Of a stretch of DNA of 56,990 bases, positions 55,539 to 56,990 are shown piece after piece. The DNA is taken from NCBI GenBank assembly GCA_965662575.1, contig CBFIHN010000004.1, positions 1 to 56,990 of the forward strand, read 5' to 3'. A program made the position numbers and the translations under genes. Every line of letters starts with the position of its first letter. Within the stretch, counting starts at the first letter, position 1. The notes beneath the pieces were generated by a model. The model worked only from the letters and a program-made list of their open reading frames with translations, had not been told where the DNA came from and did no database searches. This DNA is from Gammaproteobacteria bacterium (GTDB taxonomy: Bacteria > Pseudomonadota > Gammaproteobacteria > Francisellales > CACEW01).

Positions 55539-55679
55539 ATGATGAAAAAGCAAAGTAACCAAGATAAACAAGCTAAGCCAACAGTTGATTACACCATGAT
55601 TGATTTTGTTAAGTGTTTTAAAGATAATTTGCTTGAAAGTGCCAAGGTTGAAGTTGCTAGGCTAAGAACTGCGGCTTAG
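55539..55679 (+). CDS. 46-aa ORF (not in the ORF track)
   Basis: RBS AAGGAG; MMKKQSNQDKQAKPTVDYTMIDFVKCFKDNLLESAKVEVARLRTAA. Confidence 0.45.
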   Translation: MMKKQSNQDKQAKPTVDYTMIDFVKCFKDNLLESAKVEVARLRTAA

Positions 55680-55710
55680 TCATGAGCAGTGGTGTATATG
55701 ACGCCACACC

Positions 55711-56034
55711 GTGTTTCTTAAAAGATGGGCGGTTATCTCCCTCGATATTACAACAAGACCGCCCAATTGTGCCCCTTATTGCAAGCTTATTATGGCTGCT
55801 GACTGTAAAATCCTGCGTCCCTTTTTGCAGCCGCACTATTATAATGAGCATTGCACTGGCACACTTCAGATTCAAACTGAAACACCCAGTGGTAAGATTT
55901 TTTGGCATTGCAGCGATTGTGATAACGATGGCTGTATCAAAAATTGGCAACATACTTTAATGTGCGTCGTCAATTCATCGTCTCCACATACTTCAAGTTG
56001 GATGATTTTAACTCTAGCAATACATTACATTTAA
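55711..56034 (+). CDS. Cys-rich hypothetical protein, possibly a pseudogene fragment
   Basis: HCTG...IFWHCSDCDNDGCIKNWQ zinc-ribbon-like pattern; start unclear. Confidence 0.4.
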   Translation: MFLKRWAVISLDITTRPPNCAPYCKLIMAADCKILRPFLQPHYYNEHCTGTLQIQTETPSGKIFWHCSDCDNDGCIKNWQHTLMCVVNSSSPHTSSWMILTLAIHYI

Positions 56035-56054
56035 AACACCACCTATTGCATAAT

Positions 56055-56095
56055 GGGACTGTTGCAAACCAGTTTCTAGCAGCACTAGCGTCGTT
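56055..56095 (+). mobile_element. Family A MITE, left-end fragment
   Basis: GGGACTGTTGCAAACCAGTTTCTAGCAGCACTAGCGTCGTT. Confidence 0.85.
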
Positions 56096-56180
56096 TGGGT
56101 TTTTGGGGAATGGCTCGTAACTGTCTAAGTTGATTGCTCCAAAGCCATGCGGATTGCTAATATGTGATATATTTTTTCAA

Positions 56181-56209
56181 TTGACAGAAATTTAAATCTC
56201 GCATATTAT
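56181..56209 (+). promoter_or_regulatory. Sigma-70 promoter of the vgrG-like gene
   Basis: TTGACA-N17-TATTAT. Confidence 0.65.
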
Positions 56210-56243
56210 GACTGATATATGACATAATATTAATTAATGAATA

Positions 56244-56945
56244 ATGTCTGCAGATTTGGCGCGCATTCTAGAAATATCAGTGGGTGATTATCCTGCTCAA
56301 TTGATGGTTCCTTATCACTTGGTGGGTACGGATGAGTTGAGCGTTGGCTTTGCTTATGAAATCAGCTTTTTTGCTTTGGATCCAGAGATTGATAGCGATA
56401 CGCTGTTGGCAAAACCGGTGACGATTCGTATCGATAATGATTCAGAGCCAGTGATTTTTTATGGACTGGTTGGGCAAGCGCGTAGCGATGAAGAGCTTGA
56501 TAATTATGGTCGTCGTTCTTGTTGGATTTCGGTGGTGCCGTGGATTGAGGCATTGCAGTTGGGTAGTGACTGTCGACATTATCAAAATTTGTCAGTGCCA
56601 GAGATTTTTCAAAAGCTATGGCGTGAATGTACTGATGCACCGTATGAGCTAAAACTACGCCGACAATATCCTGCATTAAATTATGTGGTGCAGTTTGAAG
56701 AAACCCATGCGGATTTTTTAAATCGCCTTCTCCAGCAGGCGGGAATCTTTTACTATCATGTGCATGAGGATGGTCAAAGCAAAATCGTTTTATGCGATGA
56801 TTCGTATGCTTTGCCACACTATGGTGCCATTGAATTTGATCAAGCCTATTCGGATGAACAGCATATTCATGATTGGCGTCATCGTTGGTCACGCAAGGTT
56901 AATACCTTTATCGCAGGAGTTTCGCGCCTAACAAATAACGTTTGA
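56244..56945 (+). pseudogene. vgrG: VgrG (T6SS spike / phage gp27-like) N-terminal fragment
   Basis: GTDELS..F.YE, SDCRHYQNLSVPEI, YVVQFEETHADFLNRLLQQAGIFYY; stops at 233 aa, far short of a full VgrG. Confidence 0.8.
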
Positions 56946-56990
56946 TGTGTTATGTTTAGGATAAGAAACCTGAATTTCCTGCTCAAATGC

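Noticed and set aside
56914-56926. 13-bp identity CAGGAGTTTCGCG with 44520-44532, near the vgrG break
   Set aside because: Matches of this length are expected by chance in 57 kb, and it does not extend.

Overview
This is a chromosomal window (about 43% GC, judged by eye) of a gammaproteobacterium with a Coxiella/Thiotrichales-like gene style; the taxon cannot be fixed from sequence alone. Most of it is housekeeping: rnr, eno-ftsB, groESL, rpsP-rimM, pyrB, phoBR/pst, rpmH-rnpA-yidD-yidC-mnmE, valS, feoAB, tRNA-Leu(CAA), rpoZ-spoT-ridA, priA and dinB. Many normally conserved operons are broken. Two families of small non-coding elements recur. Family A is a ~141-bp palindromic MITE with 5 full and at least 4 partial copies, some with target-site duplications. 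Family B is a ~170-bp three-hairpin element resembling IS200/IS605 ends, with 3 copies. Highlights: (1) two inverted family-B copies bracket a phoB plus sensor-less phoR module, a candidate invertible switch, next to a Pho-box-led pstCABS operon; (2) a divergent dinB / DNA-binding-UmuD cassette with its own palindromic operator and no umuC; (3) two tandem paralogous secreted proteins of unknown family; (4) an LPS-kinase/glycoside-hydrolase-like fusion; (5) a DnaA-box/AT-rich oriC candidate far from dnaA; (6) a truncated orphan vgrG.
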